From positions 1-18,407 of the forward strand of contig JANMQV010000018.1 of assembly GCA_031370645.1 (NCBI GenBank): 18,407 nucleotides of DNA. The letters run 5' to 3'. The notes under the pieces are model-generated. The model did no database searches. It was not told where the DNA came from and saw nothing but the letters and a program-made list of their open reading frames with translations. The stretch is from Candidatus Eiseniibacteriota bacterium (lineage in GTDB: Bacteria; Eisenbacteria; RBG-16-71-46; SZUA-252). Position 1 is the stretch's first letter; every line of letters starts with the position of its first letter. This document shows, piece after piece, positions 1 to 10,112 of this stretch. Made by a program: the position numbers and the translations under genes.

Positions 1-764
1 TGGACACAGTCCGCACCCGCCGCCAATGCGGCAAGTGAATTGGCTAGCGCGAGCCCACGGTCGCAATGCCCGTGCCAATCCACGCGTATCTTCTCGCCGC
101 TTGGCTGCACGACCTTCTCGATCACAAATCGGACCAGCGCAGCCACGCCGCTGGGTGTCACGTGCCCGCAGGTATCGCAGACCACGATCGCGCGCGCGCC
201 ACACTCGATCGCCGTGGTGTAGAGCCGCTTCACCGTCTCGGGATCGCAACGCGAGGTGTCTTCGGTCACGTACATCACATCAAGGCCGAGCGAACGCGCG
301 TAAGTCACCGCGTCGGCGGTGGTCTTCTGCAGGAAGTCGTCCGACCAGTCTTCGGTGTAGCGCCGTATCGGACTCGACCCGATGAACGTCGCACACTCGA
401 TGGCGATGCCCGTCTTCTGCGATATCTCCGCCACCGGCGTGATGTCGTTCTTGTGCGTGCGCGCCGCGCAGTAGGGCTCGATGGGGAGTTTCGCGGAGAC
501 GATCTCGCGCGCGAGCGCGAGCGCCGCCTCCTTGGCCCGGGGCCCGGCGCCCGGGAGCCCGATGTCGTTCCCATGGATGCCGATTTTCGCCTGCAGATGG
601 AGCGCGCGGAGTTTGTCCTCGATGGATGGATCCGTGACCGTGGGCGACTGAAGCCCGTCGCGAAGCGTCTCGTCCACGACCTGAACCCGCCGCGGCGGTT
701 TCACCGGCGGGTCGTCCCCGACGTTCCAGTCGTAGATGAGATCCTGCTCGCGCACTTCGCTCAT
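1..764 (-). CDS. LeuA-family DRE-TIM metallolyase (2-isopropylmalate/homocitrate/citramalate synthase-like), 3' end truncated by the window edge
   Basis: Absent from the ORF track; translated by hand from ATG at 764, which overlaps the thiolase TGA (ATGA): MSEVREQDLIYDWN...VVDETLRDGLQSP...YVTEDTSR...CDTCGH...DWHGHCDRGLALANSLAALAAGADCV. It has the D-x-T-L-R-D-G-x-Q motif, the metal-binding HxH and the HxHxDxGLAxAN signature, and stays open to position 1. Confidence 0.9.
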   Translation of the reverse strand, partial: MSEVREQDLIYDWNVGDDPPVKPPRRVQVVDETLRDGLQSPTVTDPSIEDKLRALHLQAKIGIHGNDIGLPGAGPRAKEAALALAREIVSAKLPIEPYCAARTHKNDITPVAEISQKTGIAIECATFIGSSPIRRYTEDWSDDFLQKTTADAVTYARSLGLDVMYVTEDTSRCDPETVKRLYTTAIECGARAIVVCDTCGHVTPSGVAALVRFVIEKVVQPSGEKIRVDWHGHCDRGLALANSLAALAAGADCV

Positions 765-1981
765 GAAGCGAGCGACTCCACGACGATCGCGATGCCCTGC
801 CCACCGCCGATGCATGCCGACGCCACGCCCCAGCGTTTCTTCCGGCGCCGGAGTTCGTAGAGGAGCGTGAGCGTGAGGCGCGTGCCGGTGGCGCCGAGCG
901 GATGCCCGAGGGCGATGGCGCCGCCGTTCACGTTCGTTTTTTCGCGGGGATTCCCGAGTTCCTTCTCCACGGCGAGATACTGCCCCGAGAAGGCCTCGTT
1001 GATCTCGAAGAGGTCGACGTCGTCCACCGAAAGTCCCGCTTGCTTCAGCGCACCGCGAACGGCAGGCACCGGTCCGATTCCCATCGTGTCGGGATCGACT
1101 CCGACGACGCCCCAAGAGGCGATCCGCCCGATCGGCGAGAGATCCCGCTTCTCGGCATGGCGCTCGGTGGTGAGAACGAGCGCCGCGGCGCCATCCACGA
1201 TCCCGCTCGCATTGCCGGCGGTCACGAACGAGTTCTTCCCGAAGGCGGGCTGGAGTTTCGCAAGCCCCTCGGGCGTGGCGCCGTCGAAGCAGTGGTCGTC
1301 CTTCTCCACGACCTTCGCGTCGCGGCCGGGAATCGTCACGGGCACGATCTCCTCGGCGAGTACGCCGGTATCGATGGCGCGCCGTCCCTCGGTGATGGAA
1401 CGGACGGCGAAGGCGTCCTGCTCCTCGCGTGAAATGTTGTACCGACGAGCGAGATTGTCGGAAGTCTCCGCCATGTAGAGCCCGCAGAAGGAGTCGCGAA
1501 GCCCGACCATCAGCGAATCCTCGAACGCGTTCGTCTGCCCCAGGCGAAGCCCCGAGCGGGCGCCGCGAATGACGAAGGGCGCCTGGCTCATGCTCTCCAT
1601 GCCGCCGGCGAGGACGAAACTCGCCTCCCCCAACAGGCAAAGTTGCGCGCCGCTGATGATGGCCTGAATTCCCGAGCCGCAGAGCCGGTTCACCGTCAGC
1701 GCCGGCACCGGAATCGGGACGCCCGCCTTCAGCCCCACGTGCCTCGCGCCGTAGAGCGCGTCGCCGCTCGTCTGCATGGCGTTCCCCATCACGACGTGGT
1801 CGAGGATCTCCGCCGGCACCTTGCTTCGTTCGAGCGCCGCCTTGGCGGCGATCGCGCCGAGATCGATGGCGGAGAGGTCCTTCATGGCGCCGCCCGGCTT
1901 GCCGTTGCCGGCGCGGCCGCCCACCCACTCCGTCATGGGGGTGCGTGCTCCGTTCAGAATGACGATCGATTCCTTGGTCAT
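761..1981 (-). CDS. Acetyl-CoA C-acyltransferase (thiolase)
   Basis: 406 aa with intact thiolase motifs VNRLCGSG, EINEAF, GHPLGATG and CIGGGQG. Confidence 0.95.
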   Translation of the reverse strand: MTKESIVILNGARTPMTEWVGGRAGNGKPGGAMKDLSAIDLGAIAAKAALERSKVPAEILDHVVMGNAMQTSGDALYGARHVGLKAGVPIPVPALTVNRLCGSGIQAIISGAQLCLLGEASFVLAGGMESMSQAPFVIRGARSGLRLGQTNAFEDSLMVGLRDSFCGLYMAETSDNLARRYNISREEQDAFAVRSITEGRRAIDTGVLAEEIVPVTIPGRDAKVVEKDDHCFDGATPEGLAKLQPAFGKNSFVTAGNASGIVDGAAALVLTTERHAEKRDLSPIGRIASWGVVGVDPDTMGIGPVPAVRGALKQAGLSVDDVDLFEINEAFSGQYLAVEKELGNPREKTNVNGGAIALGHPLGATGTRLTLTLLYELRRRKKRWGVASACIGGGQGIAIVVESLAS

Positions 1982-1993
1982 GTCGGGTCCGTC

Positions 1994-2854
1994 CTACTTG
2001 GCGGTGTAGTCGTAGAAGCCGCGGCCCGACTTCCGGCCGAGATAGCCGGCGAGGACCATGCGCTTCAGGAGCGGCGGGGGCGCGAAACGGGTCTCGCGGA
2101 ATTCCTCGAACATGATATTCGCGATGTAGTACGTCGTGTCGAGCCCGACGAAGTCGAGTAGCTGGAGCGGTCCCATCGGGTGGCCGCAGCCGAGCTTCAT
2201 CCCGTTGTCGATATCTTCCTTCGACGCGAGCCCCGACTCGTAGACGCGAATGGCGTCGAGGATATAGGGAACGAGGAGCCGGTTCACGACGAACCCGGGC
2301 GCATCCTTCGCGATGACGGGTGTCTTCCCGATCGTCTCGACATACACCTTGGCACGATCGAACGCGGCGTCGTTCGTCGGGAGCGCGCGGATGATCTCGA
2401 CCAGCTTCATGAGTGGAACGGGATTGAAGAAGTGAAGGCCCAAGACCCGCTCCGGCTTCTTCGCGAACGCCGCGATCTCGGTCACCGAGAGCGAGGAGGT
2501 ATTTGTGGCGAGAACGGCGTCGGGAGCGCAGACGGCGTCGAGCGTCGAGAAGACCTGCTTCTTCACTTCGATGTTCTCGGTCACGGCTTCGATGACGAGA
2601 TCGCAGCCGGCCAGATCCTCGAGCTTCACGGTGCCGCTGATGTTCGCGAGCGTCTTGTCGCGATCCTCCGCCGTCACCTTCCCCTTCGTCACGCCGTCGT
2701 CGAGGAACTTCTTGATGCGGCCGAGGCCCTTGTCGAGGAACGCCTGGTCCGCTTCACGCACGATCGTCTTCAGCCCCGATTGGGCGCTCACCTGCACGAT
2801 GCCGGCTCCCATCAGCCCGCAGCCGACGACGCCGACCGTCTTCACGCCTGCCAT
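1994..2854 (-). CDS. hbd: 3-hydroxybutyryl-CoA / 3-hydroxyacyl-CoA dehydrogenase (NAD-dependent)
   Basis: Start reassigned to ATG 2854 (MAGVKTVGVVGCGLMG, 286 aa) with GGAAGGA upstream. Rossmann GxGxxG, EAVTE, NTSSLS, GLHFFNP, PGFVVNRL and PMGPL motifs are present. The 610-aa version in the ORF track is an out-of-frame extension over the neighbouring thiolase. Confidence 0.93.
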   Translation of the reverse strand: MAGVKTVGVVGCGLMGAGIVQVSAQSGLKTIVREADQAFLDKGLGRIKKFLDDGVTKGKVTAEDRDKTLANISGTVKLEDLAGCDLVIEAVTENIEVKKQVFSTLDAVCAPDAVLATNTSSLSVTEIAAFAKKPERVLGLHFFNPVPLMKLVEIIRALPTNDAAFDRAKVYVETIGKTPVIAKDAPGFVVNRLLVPYILDAIRVYESGLASKEDIDNGMKLGCGHPMGPLQLLDFVGLDTTYYIANIMFEEFRETRFAPPPLLKRMVLAGYLGRKSGRGFYDYTAK

Positions 2855-2895
2855 TTCCGACCGTCCTTCCGTTGAGGGTGCCGCGGACCGGGCGC

Positions 2896-4086
<1,191 letters not shown>

Positions 4087-4096
4087 GGGCAGTCGG

Positions 4097-4879
4097 TTAC
4101 TTCCCCGTGAAGGAGGGCTTCCGCTTCTCGAGGAATGCGCGAAGGCCCTCTCGCATGTCCTCCGTCGCGGAAAGGAGTCCGAACGAGACCGACTCCTGCG
4201 TCAGCCCGTGCTCGAGGTCGGTTTCGAGACCGCGAATGGCCGCGTCCATGGCAAAGCGGATGGCGATCGGCCCCTTGGCCACTATTTCCCCCGCAACCTT
4301 CTCGCAATGGGCGAGGAGATCGGCCTGCGGCAGAACGGCATTCACGAGTCCGATGCGAAGCGCCTCCGCCGCGTCGATCATCCGCCCGCTGCAGATCATT
4401 TCGAGCGCGCGGCCGAGCCCGATCAATCGGGGGAGCCGCTGCGTGCCGCCGTAGCCCGGGATGATGCCGAGCCCCACTTCCGGTAGTCCCAGTTTCGCGT
4501 TCGCCGAGGCGAAGCGCATGTGACAGGCGAGCGCTAGTTCGCATCCGCCGCCGAGCGCGAAGCCGTTCACGGCCGCGATGACGGGCTTCCCGAGATTTTC
4601 GATCTCCGCGAACGCGACTTGCCCCAGGCGGGACGAGGCTTCGCCTCCGAGCGGGGTCATGACGGCGAGCTCGTTGATGTCGGCCCCGGCCACGAACGCC
4701 TTCTCGCCGGAGCCGGTCAAGATCACCGCCCCGACTTCGGGATTCGCCTTGAAGCCGGAGAAGACGGCGTGGATTTCGCGGATCGTCGCTTCGTTGAGCG
4801 CGTTCAGCACCTTCGGCCGGTTCACCGTGACGTGCGCGATCCGACCCTTCATCTCGACGGTCAAATTCTCGTAGGTCAT
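4097..4879 (-). CDS. crt: Enoyl-CoA hydratase (crotonase)
   Basis: 260 aa with [25 protein letters not shown] (Glu), LPEVGLG (Glu), [11 protein letters not shown] and the C-terminal [10 protein letters not shown]. Both catalytic glutamates are present. Confidence 0.93.
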   Translation of the reverse strand: MTYENLTVEMKGRIAHVTVNRPKVLNALNEATIREIHAVFSGFKANPEVGAVILTGSGEKAFVAGADINELAVMTPLGGEASSRLGQVAFAEIENLGKPVIAAVNGFALGGGCELALACHMRFASANAKLGLPEVGLGIIPGYGGTQRLPRLIGLGRALEMICSGRMIDAAEALRIGLVNAVLPQADLLAHCEKVAGEIVAKGPIAIRFAMDAAIRGLETDLEHGLTQESVSFGLLSATEDMREGLRAFLEKRKPSFTGK

Positions 4880-4949
4880 TTTTTTATTAGGGGTTGGAGA
4901 AAATTTCGAAGGCGCTCGGAAGGGCTCCGATCGCCCGATTGCCGCGACT

Positions 4950-4979
4950 AGGAAATCATCCCCAGCCGCTCCCGGTCAA
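4950..4979 (-). promoter_or_regulatory. Possible sigma70-type promoter for the acyl-CoA operon
   Basis: TTGACC at 4979-4974 in the 136-nt gap before crt. Only a weak -10 (TGA-TTTCCT) lies at an 18-nt spacing. Confidence 0.25.
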
Positions 4980-5015
4980 GCGTCTGAAAGTACCATTCGC
5001 TGCCCTGGGGGGCGA

Positions 5016-6704
5016 TCACGGAGTTCCAGCGAGACGGTAGACCGCGTCCGATCCGAATACGGCTTTGAGAGTTAGCCGTGTTTCTTCCCCGACCCTGGTC
5101 CGGAGATGCTCGCGCACCTTCGGCGGATAGTCCGCGTAATGTATGAGTACGAATCGTGCACCAGTGGCTCCGGCGAGCGAAAGTGCCGCCGAGTCGGGAA
5201 ATGCCTGGATGTCCCGACGAAATTCGCGGTAGCGGGGAGAAACGAATCCGCTGCACCCATCGAGCCTCGGGACGCCGTGTAAAAGCACGCGGTACTGCCG
5301 CAGTCCTTGAGTGGTCGTCTCTCCACCATCCGTGGCGGGCGTCGGCAACTCGAGGAGTGGTTCCCGGGGGTTTTGGCCCTTTAGCCACCGGTAGGCGGGC
5401 TCGAGGGACTCTGCCGTGGGGAGACGAACAAACCCGTAAGGCGCGGGCCATGCGCTCAACAGAGCAACGGCTACGGTCGCCGCGAACACCGGCCCCCGCC
5501 ACATTGGGGCGCGCGAACAGAGATACCGATCGAGCGCGCGATATCCCAAGGAGGCGAGCACGGCACCCGCCGCGAAGACGAGGACTGCCATGCGAAACGG
5601 CGCGCGGATCACCGAGAGGAACGGAACGAGGTAATAGGCCGCGATGTAGGGGAGTGGAATCCAATACCGCTGCCCCGCCACATGGAGCAGCGGTCCGAGT
5701 GACAAGATGAACGAGCTAACGGCGAGGAACGGAAAGTACCCCGGCACGCCTTGACCGGATCGCCGAATCGTCCGCACGCCGAGCGCTCCGAGCGCAATCA
5801 TGACGATTCCGGGAAAGAGCGCGTTGATTCCGGCGGGGAGACCGAGGCGGAAGGGATCGATCGCGCGGTCGCTCGCGCGCACGTAGTCGAGAAGGTCGGC
5901 GGAATAGAGTGCCGCTTGCCCGAGGGTCCGGCGAAATGCCGGCATGGCGTGGCGTTGTTCCAACATCGGCACCAGAACGGGTGCGATCAGGAGGGCAACC
6001 GCGGGCACGAGAAGAGCCAGCCCCACTCGACCTCGACGAGGAACGAGCGGAACCCGACGCAACGTGGCGTAAATCGCGAGAAGCAGCAGCGCGAAGACCA
6101 GCATGCAGGTGTAATACCAACCGAAATAGGCCTGCACCGCGAGGGTCGCGCCAAGGCCTATCGCGTGGCGCGTATGTCCACCCTCATGGAAGCGAATCCC
6201 GAAATAGAGCCCGAGCGGAATGAATTCTATTTGCAGTTGATTCAGGAAGTCCGCGTTGCTGAGCGTGTAGGTGCTGAACGCGAAGAGGAGGCCGGCAAGG
6301 AAGGCACCCCGGCGTTCGGCTCCGGTGCTTCGCGCCAGTCGGTAGGTGAACCAAGCCGACAAGAATGTCGCCATCGCCAGCAAGAAATTGTATCCGGCGG
6401 CAATACTCCCGGTTGCCGCGATGATCGGGGAGGCCGCCGCGACCTCTCCGATCATCGAGTCCATGTAGGTCAGTGTCCGACGCTCCGGATGGAATATGGG
6501 CACGTCGAAGACGGAGGCCGGATCCCGCCAGAGCGCCTTCCAGCCCCACCCGAGCAGGAACGCTTGCGTCGGGACGTCATAACCGCCCTTTGCCCAAACG
6601 GGAATTTCGCGGTCGGCGCGGGGGACGATCGGCGCGACCCGGAACGCTGTCGCAACAAGGAATCCAGCCGTGACGAACAGTGCCGCCCGTCCCCGAAACC
6701 GCAT
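5016..6704 (-). CDS. Polytopic membrane protein, GT-C-fold glycosyltransferase-like (YfhO/PMT-like)
   Basis: 562 aa with many hydrophobic segments. It has an Asp in the first loop (GGYDVP), IFHP..TLTY, GYN.L, AGLLFAFS.Y, LSLGP and IRAPFR motifs, and a soluble C-terminal domain (AYRWL..LLELP..HG.PRLDG.SGF). I associate this pattern with uncharacterised GT-C proteins. It starts 8 nt after the TonB receptor stop. Confidence 0.65.
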   Translation of the reverse strand: MRFRGRAALFVTAGFLVATAFRVAPIVPRADREIPVWAKGGYDVPTQAFLLGWGWKALWRDPASVFDVPIFHPERRTLTYMDSMIGEVAAASPIIAATGSIAAGYNFLLAMATFLSAWFTYRLARSTGAERRGAFLAGLLFAFSTYTLSNADFLNQLQIEFIPLGLYFGIRFHEGGHTRHAIGLGATLAVQAYFGWYYTCMLVFALLLLAIYATLRRVPLVPRRGRVGLALLVPAVALLIAPVLVPMLEQRHAMPAFRRTLGQAALYSADLLDYVRASDRAIDPFRLGLPAGINALFPGIVMIALGALGVRTIRRSGQGVPGYFPFLAVSSFILSLGPLLHVAGQRYWIPLPYIAAYYLVPFLSVIRAPFRMAVLVFAAGAVLASLGYRALDRYLCSRAPMWRGPVFAATVAVALLSAWPAPYGFVRLPTAESLEPAYRWLKGQNPREPLLELPTPATDGGETTTQGLRQYRVLLHGVPRLDGCSGFVSPRYREFRRDIQAFPDSAALSLAGATGARFVLIHYADYPPKVREHLRTRVGEETRLTLKAVFGSDAVYRLAGTP

Positions 6705-6712
6705 TTACGACC

Positions 6713-8680
6713 TCAGCGTGAGAAGTCGACTCCCAGGGCTAGGATTCGCCCGCGGGACGGCAAGCCTTTCACCTCAATGATATCGCGGTCGAGGACGTTG
6801 TCGATGCGAAGGTGGAGTGCCACTGGCCACCGCGACGGCGTGACGACGGCGCCGATATCGAGCGCGGCGTAGCCGGGTGTGTCCCCGTCGAGAAATCGCC
6901 CGTTCACGTCGACGAAATCGAACGGATCGCGGAAAGAGTCGTTCCATCTCCAGGCACCGAACAGTCGAAGCGGCCGCGCCGCGTTCCAATCGAAATCGAG
7001 GCCGGTGCGCCAACGGGGGCGCTTCGCCAGCCGATTCCCCGTGGTGAGGTCCTTCGCGACCGGGAGACTCGCGGCCCTGGCGCCGAACGCCAGGCGCGGC
7101 GTCACGTGAATCCGCGCCATGGCTTCCGCCCCCTCGATACGGGCGCGGCCGACGTTATCGGCGACAAAGAAGGAATTCGACGAGATCAGATCGATAAAGC
7201 GCGTCCGATACCACGTCGCGCGCGCCTCGACATGGCCCGCGAGCCAGCGCCCGTCCACGCCTCCCTCGACGGTGCTCGATCGCTCGGGGCGAAGCGCAGG
7301 TGAGCCGTAGCCGGGATAGTAGAGGTCGGTCAGCGTCGGTGCCGTGAAGCCCCGACCATAGCCCGCCCGTAGCCGAAGTCCCCCGGCAGGAAGCTTCCAG
7401 GCGGCCGAGAGCCTGGGGACACCGTAGGAGCCGTAGAGGGAGTGATCCTCCCCGCGGAGGCCCGCGTCCGCCACGACTCCCTTTCCGAAGTCGGCGTGCG
7501 CCTGCGCGTAATCCGCGCGCGTGTGGATCGACTCTTCCACGTGGGACGGCCCGGTAGAGTATCCGCCGAATTGCGCGTTGTCATCGCGCTTCACCTGATC
7601 GCCGCGGTATTCCGCGCCCATCACGATCCCACCGGTCTCGCCTTTGGAGTAGCGCGTCCGAACCGCGCCAGTCCAGCGGGTGTTGTCGAGTCTTGTGTCC
7701 TGGTAGTCGCCGCCGATCGAATTGGCTGCGTTGTCGTTCACAATCCGCCCAGTGAAACCCGATCCTTCCGCCTCGAGCGTGAGCGCCCGCCCGAGCTCGC
7801 GAGTCAGGAGCACTCCTCCCGCAGCGATGCGGTCCTTCTCCTCGTAATTGGGATCGGTCACCTGGTGCGAGCGGAAGTCGGAGAAGTCGAAGACGTAATC
7901 GTAGGGGAGTTCCTTCGCGCCCTGCGTGTAGAGTCCGCTCAGCCGCATTCGCGTGACGGGATTGACGGCCCCTTCACCGCGAATGACGCCGTTCCAGCCT
8001 CGATAGGCGTCGCGAGTTCCGGACCCCTGCGAGGTAAGCCTCGAGAGAGAAAGGGTCGCGTCCCGGTCCTCGCCGCGCGCGGAGAAAACAACTCCTTGTC
8101 GAAGCGTCGTCTCGCCTCCGATCTCAGCGAAACCCCGCGCGGTAGGCGCTCCTGGAGCAGCGCCGCTCAGGAACTGGATCACGCCTCCAACGGCGCCCGA
8201 GCCGTAGAGTGCCGAGGCGGGGCCGCCCATCACTTCCACTTGACGGAACCCACCGGCGCCGAGGTCGGCAAAGTCGAACGATCCCACCCAGGGACCGTTC
8301 AACGGAATCCCGTCGAACAGGACGAGGGTGTGCCGCGGATCGGCGCCACGAAGCCGGAGGTCCGTAATTTTTCCGAGACGGCCAGCGCGTTGCACGTCGA
8401 TTCCGGGGACGCTCCGAAGTGCGTCGGCCATGAAGAGAGGGCGCTCGCGTTCGAGGCGACCGCCGTCGATGACGGTGACGTCGCTCGGCACGCTCCGGAG
8501 CGGGAGCGGCATGCGCTCAGCGGTGACGACGATCGGATCGAGCCGATATCGCGGCACGGCGGAGGCGGTGTCGGGCTCGGCCGGTTGCGCGAGAGAGGTG
8601 GCGGCGGTAAGTGCGATCGCTAGGGGGGCGAGAATAGAAATGGTACCAAGCAGCCGGAAGCGTGAGGCGTGGGCGCCCAT
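6713..8680 (-). CDS. btuB: TonB-dependent outer-membrane receptor, BtuB-like (cobalamin uptake)
   Basis: 655 aa with a signal peptide, TonB box DPIVVTA, plug motifs (LRSVPGI, LRGADPRHTLVLFDGIPLN, GPASALYGSGAVGGVI), barrel motifs (FTAPTLTDLY, LRPERS) and a C-terminal LGVDF. It lies directly downstream of a cobalamin riboswitch. Confidence 0.88.
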   Translation of the reverse strand: MGAHASRFRLLGTISILAPLAIALTAATSLAQPAEPDTASAVPRYRLDPIVVTAERMPLPLRSVPSDVTVIDGGRLERERPLFMADALRSVPGIDVQRAGRLGKITDLRLRGADPRHTLVLFDGIPLNGPWVGSFDFADLGAGGFRQVEVMGGPASALYGSGAVGGVIQFLSGAAPGAPTARGFAEIGGETTLRQGVVFSARGEDRDATLSLSRLTSQGSGTRDAYRGWNGVIRGEGAVNPVTRMRLSGLYTQGAKELPYDYVFDFSDFRSHQVTDPNYEEKDRIAAGGVLLTRELGRALTLEAEGSGFTGRIVNDNAANSIGGDYQDTRLDNTRWTGAVRTRYSKGETGGIVMGAEYRGDQVKRDDNAQFGGYSTGPSHVEESIHTRADYAQAHADFGKGVVADAGLRGEDHSLYGSYGVPRLSAAWKLPAGGLRLRAGYGRGFTAPTLTDLYYPGYGSPALRPERSSTVEGGVDGRWLAGHVEARATWYRTRFIDLISSNSFFVADNVGRARIEGAEAMARIHVTPRLAFGARAASLPVAKDLTTGNRLAKRPRWRTGLDFDWNAARPLRLFGAWRWNDSFRDPFDFVDVNGRFLDGDTPGYAALDIGAVVTPSRWPVALHLRIDNVLDRDIIEVKGLPSRGRILALGVDFSR

Positions 8681-8681
8681 G

Positions 8682-8700
8682 ATCCTTCCTTTCGAAGGAT
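8682..8700 (-). promoter_or_regulatory. RBS-sequestering hairpin (riboswitch expression platform)
   Basis: Minus strand ATCCTTC-GAAAG-GAAGGAT-C-ATG: a 7-bp stem whose 3' arm contains the purine-rich Shine-Dalgarno of btuB. Confidence 0.65.
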
Positions 8701-8711
8701 AGGGTCTACAT

Positions 8712-8875
8712 GGCGAAGGGGCCGGTCTCCTGACTCGCGGGTCGTTCTCCGGCGGCGCCTTCCCGGGTCATCCCAGTGGCTTCATGCCGCCTTCGTCACC
8801 GCTCACAGTGGCGGGGCCGTGTCGGATTCGCACCGACTTCCCAACCTCGCAGATGCGAGGTCTTCCCCATCGCGC
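8712..8875 (-). promoter_or_regulatory. Cobalamin (B12) riboswitch
   Basis: Minus strand reads GGGAA-GTCGG-TGCGAAT-CCGAC-ACGGCCCCGCCACTGTGAGCGG...GCCACTGGG-ATGA-CCCGGGAAGGC...GAGTCAGGAGACCGGCC. This gives the GGGAA, T-loop hairpin, CCGCCACTGT, GCCACTG/GGGAAGG and B12-box elements in canonical order upstream of a BtuB-like gene. Confidence 0.95.
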
Positions 8876-8928
8876 CGGGGGCGGCTCGAAGCCGTCCGCG
8901 GCGCGCGGAGCATACGCCATCGCCTTCG

Positions 8929-8968
8929 AAAGCGAAAGCCGGCGGGGCGATCGCACATCCCCGCCGGC
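8929..8968 (-). terminator. Intrinsic terminator after dinB
   Basis: Perfect 10-bp stem GCCGGCGGGG/CCCCGCCGGC (8938-8968) followed on the minus strand by TTTCGCTTT, 11 nt after the dinB stop. Confidence 0.75.
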
Positions 8969-8979
8969 GTTTAGTCCCT

Positions 8980-9495
8980 CTACGTTTGCGCCGCCGCGAG
9001 GAAGGGATTCTCGTCGGCGGAAGGACCGTAGATCGAAGGCAGCGGCACGTCTCGCTCGCGGAGGTAAACGGAGAGCTGACCGCGATGGTGGTAATAATGA
9101 TTGAGCATGATCGAGCGCAGCAGGACCACGCGCGGCATGGAAAGAATCTGCTTACCGCCGAAAGTACCGATCCAGGCGCCTTGGATCTTCGTGTCGTCCA
9201 TTCGGCCCAACTGCTCCTTCGCGCGAAGCAGGCCGGCGTCGTGGGCCGCTAGAATTTCCGCGAGGTTCTTCGGATCGACCTCCTGCGGGCCGTTTTCGAG
9301 CGGGAAGGTGTCGTGGTGCGACAACTCGGCCAGCGAGCCCGGAACCGTCGCGACATGCATCGCGAGCTGGCCGAGTGTGCGGCTCTTCGCGTGCGGCCGC
9401 CAATTCAGCTGGTCCGCCGGCACGCGCTCCAGGAGGCGGCGGGTCGTCGCCGCCTCCTGCTCCAATTCCTGGTACATCGAATTCGCGATTGTCAT
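8980..9495 (-). CDS. DinB/YfiT family protein (putative metal-dependent thiol S-transferase-like)
   Basis: 171 aa with WRPHAKSRTLGQLAMHVA, NHYYHHRGQLSVYLR and P.IYGP motifs giving the His triad. SD GAGGGGAG. Confidence 0.9.
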   Translation of the reverse strand: MTIANSMYQELEQEAATTRRLLERVPADQLNWRPHAKSRTLGQLAMHVATVPGSLAELSHHDTFPLENGPQEVDPKNLAEILAAHDAGLLRAKEQLGRMDDTKIQGAWIGTFGGKQILSMPRVVLLRSIMLNHYYHHRGQLSVYLRERDVPLPSIYGPSADENPFLAAAQT

Positions 9496-9507
9496 GAACT
9501 CCCCTCG

Positions 9508-10092
9508 CTAGAACTGAACCTTGGGTGCGACTTTCGCCTCGTTCGGAACCTCGAATAGCGTCGCCTTCTCGAAGTTGAACATGCCGGCCACCAGGTTCGC
9601 CGGGAACTGGCGCAGGCGAACGTTGTAGCGCAGGACGGTCTCGTTGTAGCGCATCCGTTCCGTCGCGATGCGATTCTCGGTGCCGGCCAGCTCGTCCTGC
9701 AAGCGCATGAAGTTCTCACCCGACTTCAACTGCGGGTAGTTCTCGACGACCACTAACAGTCGCGCGAGCGCTCCGGAGAGTTCATTGTTCGCCGCGATCT
9801 TCTCGGGCACGGTGGTGGCGCTGCCGATTCGGGCGCGAGCGTCGGCGATCGCGATGAAGATCGTCGTCTCCTGCTTCGCGTACCCCTTCACCGTCTCCAC
9901 GTAGTTCGGAATGAGGTCGAAGCGCCGCTGCAGTTGGTTCTCCACCTGCGACCACGCCGTCTTTGTCCCCTCCTGCTGCGCGACCAGGTCGTTGTAGACG
10001 CCGCGAATATAGCCGCCCACCAAGAGCGCGACCAGAAGGAGCGCGCCGAGGATCATCAGAACCACCGACCAGGGACTCTTTCCCGATGCCAT
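9508..10092 (-). CDS. lemA: LemA family protein
   Basis: 194 aa with an N-terminal TM helix and YNDLV, WSQVENQLQRRFDLIPN, ENYPQLK, LAGTENRIATER.RYN, FPAN motifs. SD AAGGGAGG. Confidence 0.95.
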   Translation of the reverse strand: MASGKSPWSVVLMILGALLLVALLVGGYIRGVYNDLVAQQEGTKTAWSQVENQLQRRFDLIPNYVETVKGYAKQETTIFIAIADARARIGSATTVPEKIAANNELSGALARLLVVVENYPQLKSGENFMRLQDELAGTENRIATERMRYNETVLRYNVRLRQFPANLVAGMFNFEKATLFEVPNEAKVAPKVQF

Positions 10093-10112
10093 CGTGTTGA
10101 ACCCTCCCTTAC

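Noticed and set aside
5016-6704. Locally lower GC suggesting horizontal acquisition of the GT-C-like gene
   Set aside because: The shift is patchy, partly explained by hydrophobic and aromatic codons, and there is no integrase, transposase, tRNA or flanking direct repeat.
8905-8940. Possible riboswitch promoter (-10 TATGCT at 8914-8909)
   Set aside because: The position is plausible but the matching -35 (TTTCGC) is weak and overlaps the terminator U-tract, so it is not supportable without TSS data.
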